NCBI GenBank assembly: GCA_963664405.1
Contig: OY761158.1
Span: 5,760,001 to 5,824,000 of the forward strand
Direction: 5' to 3'
Length of the DNA stretch: 64,000 nt
From: Thermoanaerobaculia bacterium
GTDB taxonomy: Bacteria; Acidobacteriota; Thermoanaerobaculia; Multivoradales; Multivoraceae
Below, in pieces: positions 49,828 through 60,069 of the stretch (its first letter is position 1; each line of letters begins with the position of its first letter). The notes under the pieces were generated by a model. That model was given only the letters and a program-made list of their open reading frames with translations. It had not been told where the DNA came from and did not search any database. The translations under genes and the position numbers were made by a program.

Positions 49828-51292
49828 CGCTTTTCGACAGCTGTGGTGGCTTCGAGAGCAACGAGATGCCGAAGAACAGGGTCAGCGACACGATCAGGGA
49901 GATTGCGCCGCCGTGAATGCCGTGGGGCACCTGGAAGCCGGAAAGCTCGATAGTGAAGTTGAGCGCGAGGCTGGTGATGATCGCAACGTTCGCGGCCAGC
50001 GCTGTTGCCCGTTTCCAGTTGAAGCCGATAGCGACGGTCGGTACCAGTGCCGCGGCGAAGGTGCCCCAGCCGAAGCTCCCTAGAAGTGCCACCAGCTCAG
50101 CCTTCGAGAAACTCACGAAGAGCGCAGCCCCTACCGCGATCAGAACGGTCGCGGTGCGCGCCCAGAAGAGCTCGCGATTGAGCGATCTGCCAATGATGGC
50201 TTTGGGGATGTCGTGGATGATCGCCGCGGCGCCGATATTCAAGAACCCGTCGGCCGTCGACATGATCGCGGCGAAGAGCGCCGAGAAGACAATGCCCGCC
50301 AGGATCGCGGGGACGTAGCCTTGCAGGAACGCGTAGGCCGCGTCGTCCGGTTGCCCGAGCTCCGGATGAACACCGCCGACGACCAGCGCCCTCATCGCCA
50401 ATCCGATCGCGATCCACAGCAGCGCTGCCATGGTTCCGGCGACAAAGCTCAACAGAAGGATCTGCTTGAAGTCTCGAATGCGCTTGTTCATCATCAGCTT
50501 GGTGATGATGTGCGGCTGACCGCAGGCGCCGACAACGAAGAGGAAGTACCAGGACAGGCAGCCCATGATGCCCAAGGTGCCCCACGGACCGATCGCCTCG
50601 GGGTCGTCCCTCAAGATCGTGGTGACCGCGCCGGCGACACCGCCTTCGACGGCCTGAATCGCCGCGAACAAGACCAAGACACCGGCGATCATCATCACCG
50701 CGCCCTGAACGACGTCGGTATAAACGCCGGCGATGATGCCTCCGGTGACGCAATAGAAGACGAGGACGGCACACGAGATCGCCATGCTGACTCCGATACC
50801 CACCTCCGGAATCGCATCGACGCCATTGAGGATCTCCTGCAGAACGATCGCCATCGCCATAATCTGCGCCGCCAAGTAGCCGACCACCCCCAAGAGGATG
50901 GCGATGGCGGTGAGAAAGCGGGTGAGCTCGCTCTTGTAGCGAATTGCGACCGCGTCCGGAAGGGAGACGGTGTTGTAGACCTCGGAGAAGAAACGCAGCC
51001 TTTTGGCGACCAGATAGAAGGTGAAACAGGTCGCTACCGTGCCGCAGACGATCATCCACAGCGAGCTGATTCCCATGTCGTAGACCAAGCCGGGTCCGCC
51101 GACGAAACCGAACCCGCTCAGGGTGCTGGAGAAGAGGGCAAAGGCGGTGACAACGATGCCAAGGTCGCGGCCGGCCATGAAGAAGTCGTGTGAAGACTTG
51201 GTGCGCTTCATCGCCCAGATTCCGACGCCGATGCACATGGCGAAGTACACCAAGAGGCAGAAGAGAATCACCAGATTGCGGGAGGCTTCCAT
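49805..51292 (-). CDS. Sodium:solute symporter (PutP-like)
   Basis: DFFMAGR, GGIIAGVYTDVVQG, GQPH, AAIMSTAD. Confidence 0.92.
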   Translation of the reverse strand: MEASRNLVILFCLLVYFAMCIGVGIWAMKRTKSSHDFFMAGRDLGIVVTAFALFSSTLSGFGFVGGPGLVYDMGISSLWMIVCGTVATCFTFYLVAKRLRFFSEVYNTVSLPDAVAIRYKSELTRFLTAIAILLGVVGYLAAQIMAMAIVLQEILNGVDAIPEVGIGVSMAISCAVLVFYCVTGGIIAGVYTDVVQGAVMMIAGVLVLFAAIQAVEGGVAGAVTTILRDDPEAIGPWGTLGIMGCLSWYFLFVVGACGQPHIITKLMMNKRIRDFKQILLLSFVAGTMAALLWIAIGLAMRALVVGGVHPELGQPDDAAYAFLQGYVPAILAGIVFSALFAAIMSTADGFLNIGAAAIIHDIPKAIIGRSLNRELFWARTATVLIAVGAALFVSFSKAELVALLGSFGWGTFAAALVPTVAIGFNWKRATALAANVAIITSLALNFTIELSGFQVPHGIHGGAISLIVSLTLFFGISLLSKPPQLSKSVNAIMDL

Positions 51293-51870
51293 CAGAAGTC
51301 CTCCCCAGGGCTCCGTCGCTCTGTAGCCACGATCTCTTCGAAGCGTCTTTCGTCATCCTCGGTAAAGAACCAACGATCGAAGAGTCGGTAGTACAGCACG
51401 ATGAAGAAGATCGGGAACTGCCAGACCCCCAGCAGCATCCACGCCGTGGGTTTTGGCAGCGACAGGAAGAGGGTGTGGGTGTCTTCGTGCATGAATCGGT
51501 AGTAGGAGATGAACAGCCCAGTGAAGATCGCTGCGAGAACAAGCATTCCCCCAATGATCGGCGCTTTTGCCGGGCCGAGGGATCCGTGCCGAGTCATTCC
51601 CATCGCCAGAAATGAGGCGAACAACAGGATGGAGAGGGAGGCGAACACCCATCCGAGCCAGACCGTAACGGCGTGCCGCTCGGCGCCCGGTCCGCCCTGT
51701 TTCATGGTCGCGAATCTGTCGTGCTGGTAGCCATGGCTCTTGATGATCCGCTGCGTGCTGCCGTCCTCTCTCACCACGTCTTCGTAGGGCACTTGAGGCG
51801 TCAGGAAGGCGATCCCAAGAATCACGCACAGGGCTAAGAGCGTGCCGAAAATAAACCATGAGGGTTTCAT
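51292..51870 (-). CDS. Hypothetical 4-TM membrane protein coupled to the SSS gene
   Basis: Hydrophobic helices; stop overlaps the SSS start by 1 bp. Confidence 0.7.
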   Translation of the reverse strand: MKPSWFIFGTLLALCVILGIAFLTPQVPYEDVVREDGSTQRIIKSHGYQHDRFATMKQGGPGAERHAVTVWLGWVFASLSILLFASFLAMGMTRHGSLGPAKAPIIGGMLVLAAIFTGLFISYYRFMHEDTHTLFLSLPKPTAWMLLGVWQFPIFFIVLYYRLFDRWFFTEDDERRFEEIVATERRSPGEDF

Positions 51871-51993
51871 GCGATGAGCACCTTTCTCGAGTCTGGCAGC
51901 GGATTCTACACTGGCGAACAGCCGGCGCCTTGCTAGTTCGCTCTACTCTAAGGAAGCTGGGGCCTCCGCAGGGAACTTGCGACGGGCAGTTCT

Positions 51994-53859
51994 CTAAGGG
52001 CAGGTGGCGAAGGCCTGGGTGTCCTGGAGTGGGACGAAGGGCGTGCCTAGCGGACTCTCGTAGATGCGAGTCTGAGCGCTCACCGTATCTGTCACCTCTA
52101 TTCGTACCTCTACATTGGTGAGGCCGCCGGCAAATACCCAGAAGCGGTCGTTGACGGTGCAGCCGGCGAGGACCTTGAGCACTAGCTCCACGTTGGTGCT
52201 CTGGAAGAACCAGAAGTAGCCGGTGTCAGGTGTGAGTATTACCGGCTGCCCGATGCCGGTGGTACCCGAGGAGGTGCGCCACGTCGTCGACACCCGAAAG
52301 CGACCGTCGCCGAGGCAGAGATGATCGGGGCCGGCAAGGCAGAGGTCGTTATCGACGATGAGGATCTCCGCCTCCGACCGCGCGCCAAGTTCCGCGCCGC
52401 CCAAGGGCTGGACGAGTCTGAGCTGAATGGTCTCGTTGGCCTCGTCCTGAATGTCGTCGATGAGGTCGATGGCGAGACTCTCGAGTCCTTCTTGTCCGTC
52501 GTCCCAATTCACCACCGTAGATGTCAGGTCGAAGTCCTCGTCCGGGTCGGCGGTACCCGAGATGACCTTGACCGCCACACTGACAGCGCCGGCTGAGCCA
52601 CCGACTCGCCTCAGGCCGACAAGCAGCTGCCCCGCATCTTCTGAGGTCGTCATCGCCGCCTGGTCGAACTCGACCAAGCCCGCGGCCGGGAGGTCTCTGT
52701 CGACCAGCTGATAGACCGCGTCCAGGGTGGTCAGATAGATCTCGCCCCGGGAGTCCTCGCCGAAGGCGGTCAGATTGGGAAGCGCCACGGCGAGAAGGCT
52801 GGACTCGAGAAGGCCGTCGACCTCTGACGCCGCCCATACCGCGCCGCTGCAGAAGTCGCCGTAGAGAACCTTTCCGAAGAGGTGGGGGAGTAGGCGCCCA
52901 CGATAAACAGGGCCTCCGATGACGGAGCAGGCACCGTCGGAGTGGTTGTACTCGATCGCCGGCGCGATGAGGCTGGCGTCGTCGCAGGCGGGGAGATCCA
53001 CTCCGCAGCCGTCGAGGTCGCCGAGACAGCGGGTGCCCTACATGACCTTCCAGCCGAAGTTGGCTCCCCCTGGTGTACTGGCGTGGAGAAAGTTCATCTC
53101 CTCACGGCGCTCGTGCCCGACGTCGCTGATCCATAGGTCGCCTCCTTCAGGATCGAAGCTGAAGCGCCACGGATTGCGCAGGCCGAGTGCCCACACTTCG
53201 GGGCGCCCGGAATCGACGAAGGGGTTGTCGTCAGGGCTGGTGTGGAAGGGTGGAGCGTCGGAGCCCTGGTCGACATCGAGCCTGAGGATTTTGCCCTCCA
53301 GACTGTCGGGAGACTGGGCGACGCAACCCGGATCGGGGCCTCCCGACCGGCCCGTGCTGTCGCCGGTCGAAGCGTAGAGGTAGCCATCGGGCCCGAATCG
53401 GAGCTGGCCACCGTAGTGCACTTGGTTTGTCTTCGGCATCCTGAGGAGGACTGCCTCGCTGGACTCATCCAGCTCGTTTGGGTCGTCTGAGAGACGAAAG
53501 CGAGAGATGATGGAGTCACCGGTATCCACTTCGGCGTAGTGAGCGAAGACATACCCGTTCTCTTGATACCGGGGATGGAAGCCGATGCTCCACAGCCCGC
53601 GGCCGTCTCCCAGAGTACGGTCTGTGATGTCGAGGAAGGGTTGCCCGGAAACGCTACCGTTCTCGACGATGAGTACCCGCCCATCCAGAAATGTGACAAA
53701 GATACGAGCGTCCCCGGTGTGGGTGACGCTCACCGGCACTCCCAAGCCGGAGAACACCTCCTCGAGATCGAGCTCCAGGGCCGAGGTCGGCAGCGAAATG
53801 ACCAGGATCTGCGCCATCAATCCGGCGCGGATCCTGGTCATCGAGAGTCTGGGTCTCAT
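51994..53859 (-). pseudogene. PQQ-dependent glucose/sorbosone dehydrogenase + Calx-beta + C-terminal domain, with one in-frame TAG (53038-53040)
   Basis: HYGGQLRFGPDGYLY, GLRNPWRFSFD, NFGWKVM*GTRC (family GW..MEG..C), IGGPVYRG; both ORFs are in one frame. Confidence 0.8.
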
Positions 53860-53937
53860 CGTCAGTGATCATAGCTTGGGCGCACCGGACAGCTGTAACC
53901 AGGCTCGCCACCTCGACAAGAATAAGATGGGCGCACA

Positions 53938-55443
53938 TTGGTAGAAGAGAAAGACCCTCCGTCGCCAACTCCTGCCGTGGCGAAGGCCCTTCGTGGTATC
54001 GAGATGCCGTCGCTCCGGCCGCGAAGCCTGCTTCGCTCTTTCGGACCCGGCCTCATCCTGATGATGACCGGCATCGGTACCAGTCACCTGGTGACTGCCC
54101 CGGCGGCGGGGGGGCGCTTCGCGTTCGCGTTGCTCTGGTGCATCCCGGTGGCCTACATCTTCAAATACTCAGGGTTCGAGATGGCCTTCCGCTTCACCCA
54201 CGCGACCGGCCACAGCTTGCTCGACGCGTACGCCACGGCCCCGCGCTCGTGGCCACTGGTCTATGTCCTCGTCACGACTCTGATCCAGTGCGTGGTCGGG
54301 CAGGCCGGGCGGTTGATCGCCGCTTCCGCGGTTCTCTATTACGCCTTTTCTACCTTTGTCGGTGTGGAGGTGCCGATGGCCTTACTCGCCCTTTCGCTTG
54401 GCGTCGTATCGGTTGTAGTGCACTTGGCGGGCCGCTACGCGATCATGGAGACGGTCACCAAGGTCCTTGCCGGGGTCCTGGTGGTTTCGGCCCTCTTCAT
54501 CTACGTGTTGGAGCCGGCCCCCACCTCGGCACTCGCCCATTTCTTCATCCCGGAGATTCCGGGGGGCTCGTGGCTGATCCTGGCTGCATTCCTTGGTCTC
54601 CTGCCGACCGGAATCGATGTCTCGCTACAAGCATCGGAGTGGGGCAAGGCCCGCCGGGTCGGGCTGGGCCTTCTTCGCCCCGCGCTCGAGCGCGACGGCC
54701 TGGCCCCGCACTTCGATCCACGCACTTCGGCGAAGGAAGCGCTGGCTGTCGACCACGCCCGACTCCCGGACGAGGCGCGCGAGTATTGCCGCCGCTGGCT
54801 CACGATCGCGCTGTGGGACTTCCGGCTCGGTCATCTGATCTCGTTTGTCCTTGCCTGTCTCTTCTTGCTCTTGGCCGCCGTCCATCTCTACCCCAGCGCG
54901 GTCGAAGGCAATGCGGTGATGGGCGAGATCGGCCGCATTTTCACCGAGAGTGCCGGCCCGTGGATGATGGGCATCTTCCTCGTCGGCGCCTTCGCCGCGA
55001 CCTTCTCGACCGCCTTCAACTATTTCGACGGCTGGCCGAGAGTCGTGGGGGCGTGCTGCCGTAACCTCTTTGCCGCCACCGCCGATCGGCCCGGCCTCGA
55101 TCGAGCGGAGTTGACCCCGGAGTGTCTGCGTAACTTGGCGTCCGAGTACAACATCTACCGCGGCACCATGCTCTTCTCGTTGATCGCGTCGGTGGTGATC
55201 GCGGCGGGGGCGCCGCGGCCGGTGTGGCTGGTGCTGGTTGCCTCGGCACTGGCCTCCTTCATCGCGCCGGTGATCTTTTTCCTCAACCTCTACTACTGCT
55301 TTACCGTGATCCCACGCGATAGCGAGTTCTACCCCTCGCGACTGGCGACCTGGTTCGGCTGGGGGAGCCTCATCGTCTTTACCGGCATGACCGTGATCCT
55401 GATCGCGGCGCGCATCTTTGGCCTCACACTCTTCGGAGGATGA
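53938..55443 (+). CDS. NRAMP-like (APC superfamily) transporter
   Basis: FGPGLILMMTGIGTSHL, FTHATGHSLL, FAATFST..NYFDGWPR. Confidence 0.8.
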   Translation: MVEEKDPPSPTPAVAKALRGIEMPSLRPRSLLRSFGPGLILMMTGIGTSHLVTAPAAGGRFAFALLWCIPVAYIFKYSGFEMAFRFTHATGHSLLDAYATAPRSWPLVYVLVTTLIQCVVGQAGRLIAASAVLYYAFSTFVGVEVPMALLALSLGVVSVVVHLAGRYAIMETVTKVLAGVLVVSALFIYVLEPAPTSALAHFFIPEIPGGSWLILAAFLGLLPTGIDVSLQASEWGKARRVGLGLLRPALERDGLAPHFDPRTSAKEALAVDHARLPDEAREYCRRWLTIALWDFRLGHLISFVLACLFLLLAAVHLYPSAVEGNAVMGEIGRIFTESAGPWMMGIFLVGAFAATFSTAFNYFDGWPRVVGACCRNLFAATADRPGLDRAELTPECLRNLASEYNIYRGTMLFSLIASVVIAAGAPRPVWLVLVASALASFIAPVIFFLNLYYCFTVIPRDSEFYPSRLATWFGWGSLIVFTGMTVILIAARIFGLTLFGG

Positions 55444-55480
55444 TCGTTGTACCGGAGCCAAGCTACAGGCGCCCCAGGGA

Positions 55481-55681
55481 TTGAAAGAGATCGTCGAGAT
55501 CTACCAACCGGCCATTCCTCGGAGCCCGGAGGTCTCGGTCGCGGGCGCTGCGCGCGAGCTAGAGCTATTTCCCGCCCGCCGCCGGCCGCTGGATATGAGC
55601 GGGTTGGATCTGGCGGACTACGTCGACAATCGCTTCGCTCGCGAGGCAGTCACCGACGACCCCGGCCAGACGGTGCACTAG
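55481..55681 (+). pseudogene. Possible C-terminal fragment of an ABC substrate-binding protein
   Basis: Ends ...LDLADYVDNRFAREAV, like SsuA/NMT1 C-termini; no N-terminus. Confidence 0.35.
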
Positions 55682-55843
55682 ACCAGCGTTTCCAAAGTCG
55701 CGCTACAATAGCTCGCGGTCATTCTGTTCGCTGGCAAGGCGCGCCGACGCAGGCATATTGGGGAATATGTCGAGGAGGCGCAACGCCGCCAGCGGGGCAG
55801 AACGGGCCGAGATATGTAGCGCTACTTTGGAAACGCTGGTCTA
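55679..55843. mobile_element. MITE-like repeat, copy 3 (inverted)
   Basis: CTAGACCAGCGTTTCCAAAGT...ACTTTGGAAACGCTGGTCTAG; interior is the reverse complement of copies 1 and 2. Confidence 0.85.
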
Positions 55844-55863
55844 GGCAGTGCTGCCTACTTGGG

Positions 55864-56787
55864 TCAATCGCTTACAGCGCGGGCCAGAAAGCGGCGGATC
55901 ATTTCATAGGCCTCTCGCGTCTCCTCGGTATCGAAGCCGCCGTGGCCTCCTCCGTGGATGGTGTGCAGCCTATTCGGTACCCCGGCCTCCTCGAGCTTGG
56001 CGTGGAGGCGGACCGCGTGGTCATAGGGGACGACAGGGTCGGCGTCACCGTGGATGGTCAGGACCGGCGGTAGGTCTTTACGCACCATGTTGAGCGGCGA
56101 GAGCTGGCCTGAGAGCTCGTCCTTATTCGGCAGGCTTCCCATCCACTCCACGGCGTAGGTCTTGGCATTCGGGCCCTCGACCAGGTCGCCGACGTCGGTG
56201 ATGCCGTACCAGTTGACGATCGCCGCGACCGGCATCTCTTCGGTGACCGCGTCGGCGGAGGTGGCCGAGCGCTTTGGGCAGCGATTGTCGAAGCCGTCGG
56301 CGGCCGTCAACATGCCGGTGGTCAGCGAGAGATGGCCTCCGGCTGAGTTACCGGTGACGACGATACGGTCGACATCGAGTGCGTATTCCGCGGCGTTGTT
56401 GCGGAGCCAGCGTAACGCGCAACGGCAGTCTTCCACTGCGCCGGGAGCAAGAGCCGTTCCACCCATACGATATTCGACGTTGGCAACCGCCCAGCCCATG
56501 CTGAGATAGGGCAGGAGACGCAGGTCGCTGCTCTCCTTGCTTCCTCTCATCCATCCGCCGCCGTGAATGTAGACGAGTATCGGCATGGGCGAGGGATTCT
56601 CGCCTTGGCGCGGCAGAATCAGATCGAGTTTGGACTCGTAGCCGTCCGCCACCAGGTAGGTTTGGTCGGGGACCACTCGGAAGTAGCTCTCGGCCTGCGT
56701 TGCCCAGTCGGCGGGCACGCTCAGCTGCCCTATCGCCGTTGCGGCAGCAAGAATCAAAGTGAGTAGTGCTAAGGAAACGATTCGCAT
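55864..56787 (-). CDS. Secreted alpha/beta hydrolase (HSL-like esterase)
   Basis: IHGGGW, GNSAGG, HGDADPVVP, GGGHG. Confidence 0.9.
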   Translation of the reverse strand: MRIVSLALLTLILAAATAIGQLSVPADWATQAESYFRVVPDQTYLVADGYESKLDLILPRQGENPSPMPILVYIHGGGWMRGSKESSDLRLLPYLSMGWAVANVEYRMGGTALAPGAVEDCRCALRWLRNNAAEYALDVDRIVVTGNSAGGHLSLTTGMLTAADGFDNRCPKRSATSADAVTEEMPVAAIVNWYGITDVGDLVEGPNAKTYAVEWMGSLPNKDELSGQLSPLNMVRKDLPPVLTIHGDADPVVPYDHAVRLHAKLEEAGVPNRLHTIHGGGHGGFDTEETREAYEMIRRFLARAVSD

Positions 56788-56961
56788 GAATTCCCCTCCC
56801 CAGTCGCGTGCGCGGCGGTGGCCGCGGTCTTGGGCGCGATTGGTTTTGTCCGAGAGTTCACTCTCGCACTAGAACATGGAGCTTGTCTACTACTCGTTCC
56901 CTACTCAGGAGGCCTCGACCAGCGCCCTCGACCATGCTCGGCCCACCTCTTCGAGCGGAGA

Positions 56962-58161
56962 CTACAGTCGACGGAGGGCCGTAGCCACCGGCAGACGCGC
57001 AGCGCGGAAGGCGGGAAAAAAGCCGCCGACAAGGCCCATCACCAGTGCAAAGATCGCCCCCTGGGTGAGCAATTGGGGAGTGACCGCGAAAGCGAAGGCG
57101 ACCTGACTGAAGTTCTGAAAGTTCATTGTTGCCGCGGTAAAGCCGTTGAACAACATATAGGCCACCGCGGCGCCGATGACTCCACCGGTGAGAGCCAGCG
57201 CCAGCGACTCGACCAGAACCGAGATCATCACGGGTCCCGCTCCGAAGCCGATGGCGCGAAGGGTCGCGATCTCGCGGGTTCGGGAGGACACGGCGCTGTA
57301 CATCGTGTTGAGGGCGCCGAAGACGGCGCCGACGGCCATCAAGGCGCCGACCAGGTAGCCGACGCCGCGGATGAGGGCGGTCATGGTCTGGGATTGCTCG
57401 GCGTAGAACTCAGAGGCCTGGAAGACGTTGACCGTGAGGCGGGGATCGGTCGTCAGCGCGTCTTTGAGAGCGGTGAAAGACTGAGGAGATTCGAGCCGTA
57501 GGTGGACCGAGCTGAACGAGGTGCCGCGACGGAAGGCCGGCTGTAGGACCTTGGCATCGGCCCAGATCTCCGACTCATCGGCGCTGCCTCCGGCGGCGAA
57601 GATTCCGACGACCGTCCATTCGACTTCGCCCCAGTTGAGCTTGCTGCCAAGCTCGAGTCCCTCAAACTCCCGAACAGCCGTTGTGCCCACTATGACTTCA
57701 TTCCGACCGGGCTCGAATCGGCGGCCTTCGACCAGCTCGATCGACTCGCGCACCGCGAACGCTTGCTGGTCGACGCCGCGCATCGGCACATTGACGTCAG
57801 TGCCGGTGCTGCGCTTTGGCACGCCGACGATGGCGAAGACCTCCGCAGACGCCACCCGTCCCTCGGCGTTGCTGAGGATCCCCGGCGCGTCGCCGATGAT
57901 GCGGGTCTCTTCGAGGGTGAGACCACTCGACATCTCTCCGGTTGCGCCGCCACGGAGCACGATCACTCCGTCGTCGCGGCCGGTCGACTCGAGTGTTCTC
58001 TGGAAGCCGACGGCCATCGAAAGGACGCCGACAAACACCATCACCACACCCGCAACCCCCACGACAGTAGCAAGCGAGGCGCCGAGACGCTGCCTGACGT
58101 TCTTGAGGTTGAGCCAGGTGACGGCGCCGACCTGAGCCAGCCAGCTGAAGAGTCCACCCAT
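56962..58161 (-). CDS. ABC transporter permease (MacB/FtsX-like)
   Basis: RTREIATLRAIGF, GGFFPAFRAAR. Confidence 0.9.
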   Translation of the reverse strand: MGGLFSWLAQVGAVTWLNLKNVRQRLGASLATVVGVAGVVMVFVGVLSMAVGFQRTLESTGRDDGVIVLRGGATGEMSSGLTLEETRIIGDAPGILSNAEGRVASAEVFAIVGVPKRSTGTDVNVPMRGVDQQAFAVRESIELVEGRRFEPGRNEVIVGTTAVREFEGLELGSKLNWGEVEWTVVGIFAAGGSADESEIWADAKVLQPAFRRGTSFSSVHLRLESPQSFTALKDALTTDPRLTVNVFQASEFYAEQSQTMTALIRGVGYLVGALMAVGAVFGALNTMYSAVSSRTREIATLRAIGFGAGPVMISVLVESLALALTGGVIGAAVAYMLFNGFTAATMNFQNFSQVAFAFAVTPQLLTQGAIFALVMGLVGGFFPAFRAARLPVATALRRL

Positions 58162-58163
58162 GC

Positions 58164-59351
58164 TCAGCCAGATGCGAGTGCGTTGACGATTCTGAGACGG
58201 AGCGCCTGCCAAGCCGGTAGCACTCCAGTCACCAGTCCTAGCAGGGCAACGAGGGCGACACCGATCCAGAGCTCCCGCGTGGGGATGTAGATCTGCGGTA
58301 TGAAGGCGACTCCGAGAGTGATCCTAGAGGTGACGAAATCGGCCACGGCAAGACCGGGGAGGCCGCCGACGACAGCGAGAATGAACGCCTCGGCCAACAC
58401 CAGCGCCATGATCTTGCGGTCACTGAAGCCCAGAGTCTTCAGCACTCCGAGCTCAGCCGTGCGCTCGCGAACAGATTGGGCCATGGTATTGCCGGCGACC
58501 AGCAGCAGGGTGAAGAAGACGACGCTGACGATCGCCGTTACGATGGTCGCCAGATCCCCCACCTGATTGGCGAAGCCCTGCGCCCAGGCCTTCTCGGTCG
58601 AAGTCTTGGTCTCGGCGGGGGAGTTGGCGAAGTGCGAGTCGATCTCCTCTACGATCTCGGCGGCCCGATCCGGGTCGTCGATTTTGAGATAGATCATCGA
58701 CACCGCGCCGAGCTCGTCGCCGACCCCTTCGGGCTGCTGGACGATCTCCGTGAAGGGGCCCGCCTGTTTCAGATAGTCGTAGTGCATGTAGACCTGGCCG
58801 TCGTTGCCGCTCTCTCCGGCGCCGATGATGCCTGCGATGTCGAACTCCCAGGTCGGCGAGCCGTCGGCCTGGAACCACATCTGGGTGTTGATGGGGACCC
58901 GGTCGCCGATCTCCCATCCGAAGCGCTTGGCAACCGAGTGGCCGACCACGATGCTGGTCCGGTTGGCTAGCCACGATTGCTGCTGCTCGATCGGGATCTC
59001 GTACTCGTCGAAGACCTCCACGAAGCCCTGGGCATCGGTGGCGAACATGATCAGCTGATTGCGACGATCCTGATAGTAACCACCGAACCAGGTCCAGTGG
59101 GTCACCGCCTCGACGCCTTCGACGGCCTCGATGAAGCCGAGGTACTTGATCGGAAGGAACTGGATCATCGAAACCTTGTGCACCGTCAGCAGCCGGTTCA
59201 AACCCGCCACTTCGACGCCCTGTCCGAAACCGGTGCGGAGCGCGACCAGGAGGCCGAAAAGCAGGAAGGAGACGAAGATCGAAAGCACGGTGAACGAAGT
59301 GCGCAACTTCTTGCGCGTCAGGTTGCAGCGAATCAGATGCAGATACTTCAT
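58164..59351 (-). CDS. ABC transporter permease (MacB/FtsX-like)
   Basis: RKKLRTSFT, SVRERTAELGVLKTLGF. Confidence 0.9.
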   Translation of the reverse strand: MKYLHLIRCNLTRKKLRTSFTVLSIFVSFLLFGLLVALRTGFGQGVEVAGLNRLLTVHKVSMIQFLPIKYLGFIEAVEGVEAVTHWTWFGGYYQDRRNQLIMFATDAQGFVEVFDEYEIPIEQQQSWLANRTSIVVGHSVAKRFGWEIGDRVPINTQMWFQADGSPTWEFDIAGIIGAGESGNDGQVYMHYDYLKQAGPFTEIVQQPEGVGDELGAVSMIYLKIDDPDRAAEIVEEIDSHFANSPAETKTSTEKAWAQGFANQVGDLATIVTAIVSVVFFTLLLVAGNTMAQSVRERTAELGVLKTLGFSDRKIMALVLAEAFILAVVGGLPGLAVADFVTSRITLGVAFIPQIYIPTRELWIGVALVALLGLVTGVLPAWQALRLRIVNALASG

Positions 59352-60046
59352 GCCAGACGCTCCTCGGAGAGTGCTCCCTTGTCGAGATAGAGGGTGCGGC
59401 TGGCCCGTTGGGCTGCGTGAGGGTCGTGGGTGACCATGATGATGGTCTTGCCCTGGTCCTGGTTGAGTGCCTCGAGCAGGTCGAGGATCTCGTCGCCGCT
59501 TTTGCGGTCGAGGTCTCCAGTCGGCTCATCGCACAGCAGCAGAGTCGGGTCCGAGACGATCGCGCGAGCGATGCCGACCCGCTGCTCCTGGCCGCCGGAG
59601 AGCTGGCGCGGATAATGCTTGGCGCGATCCGAGAGCCCGACCACCTCGAGGGCGGTGGCGACATGTCCGAGCCGCTGCTGACGGCTCAGGCGAGTGAGTA
59701 AGAGCGGAAGCTCGACGTTGCGCTCCGCGGTGAGCACCGGTAACAGGTTGTAGTACTGGAAAATGAAGCCTATGTGGCGCGAGCGCCAGCGGGTTAGCTG
59801 ACGGTCCGGGGTCTCGTCGATTCGTTGGCCGGCTACCTCTATGCTGCCTTCCGACACGCGGTCCAGGCCACCGATGAGATTGAGCAAGGTGGTCTTGCCG
59901 GATCCCGAAGGACCCATGAGAGCGAGGAACTCGCCGTCCGCGACCTCCATGCTCAGGTCCTGCAGCACGTCGATGGTCTCGCCGCCGCGTTTGTAGAATT
60001 TGTGCAGATGCTCGATCTGGACGATGGTTCCGTTTTCCTCCGACAT
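59348..60046 (-). CDS. ABC transporter ATP-binding protein
   Basis: [25 protein letters not shown]. Confidence 0.95.
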   Translation of the reverse strand: MSEENGTIVQIEHLHKFYKRGGETIDVLQDLSMEVADGEFLALMGPSGSGKTTLLNLIGGLDRVSEGSIEVAGQRIDETPDRQLTRWRSRHIGFIFQYYNLLPVLTAERNVELPLLLTRLSRQQRLGHVATALEVVGLSDRAKHYPRQLSGGQEQRVGIARAIVSDPTLLLCDEPTGDLDRKSGDEILDLLEALNQDQGKTIIMVTHDPHAAQRASRTLYLDKGALSEERLA

Positions 60047-60069
60047 ATCGTTCCTTCTCGTCGGAGACT

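Noticed and set aside
53038-53040. Pyrrolysine or programmed amber read-through
   Set aside because: The position is a conserved Glu one base away from TAG; no pyl genes are seen, and TAG is a normal stop elsewhere in the window.
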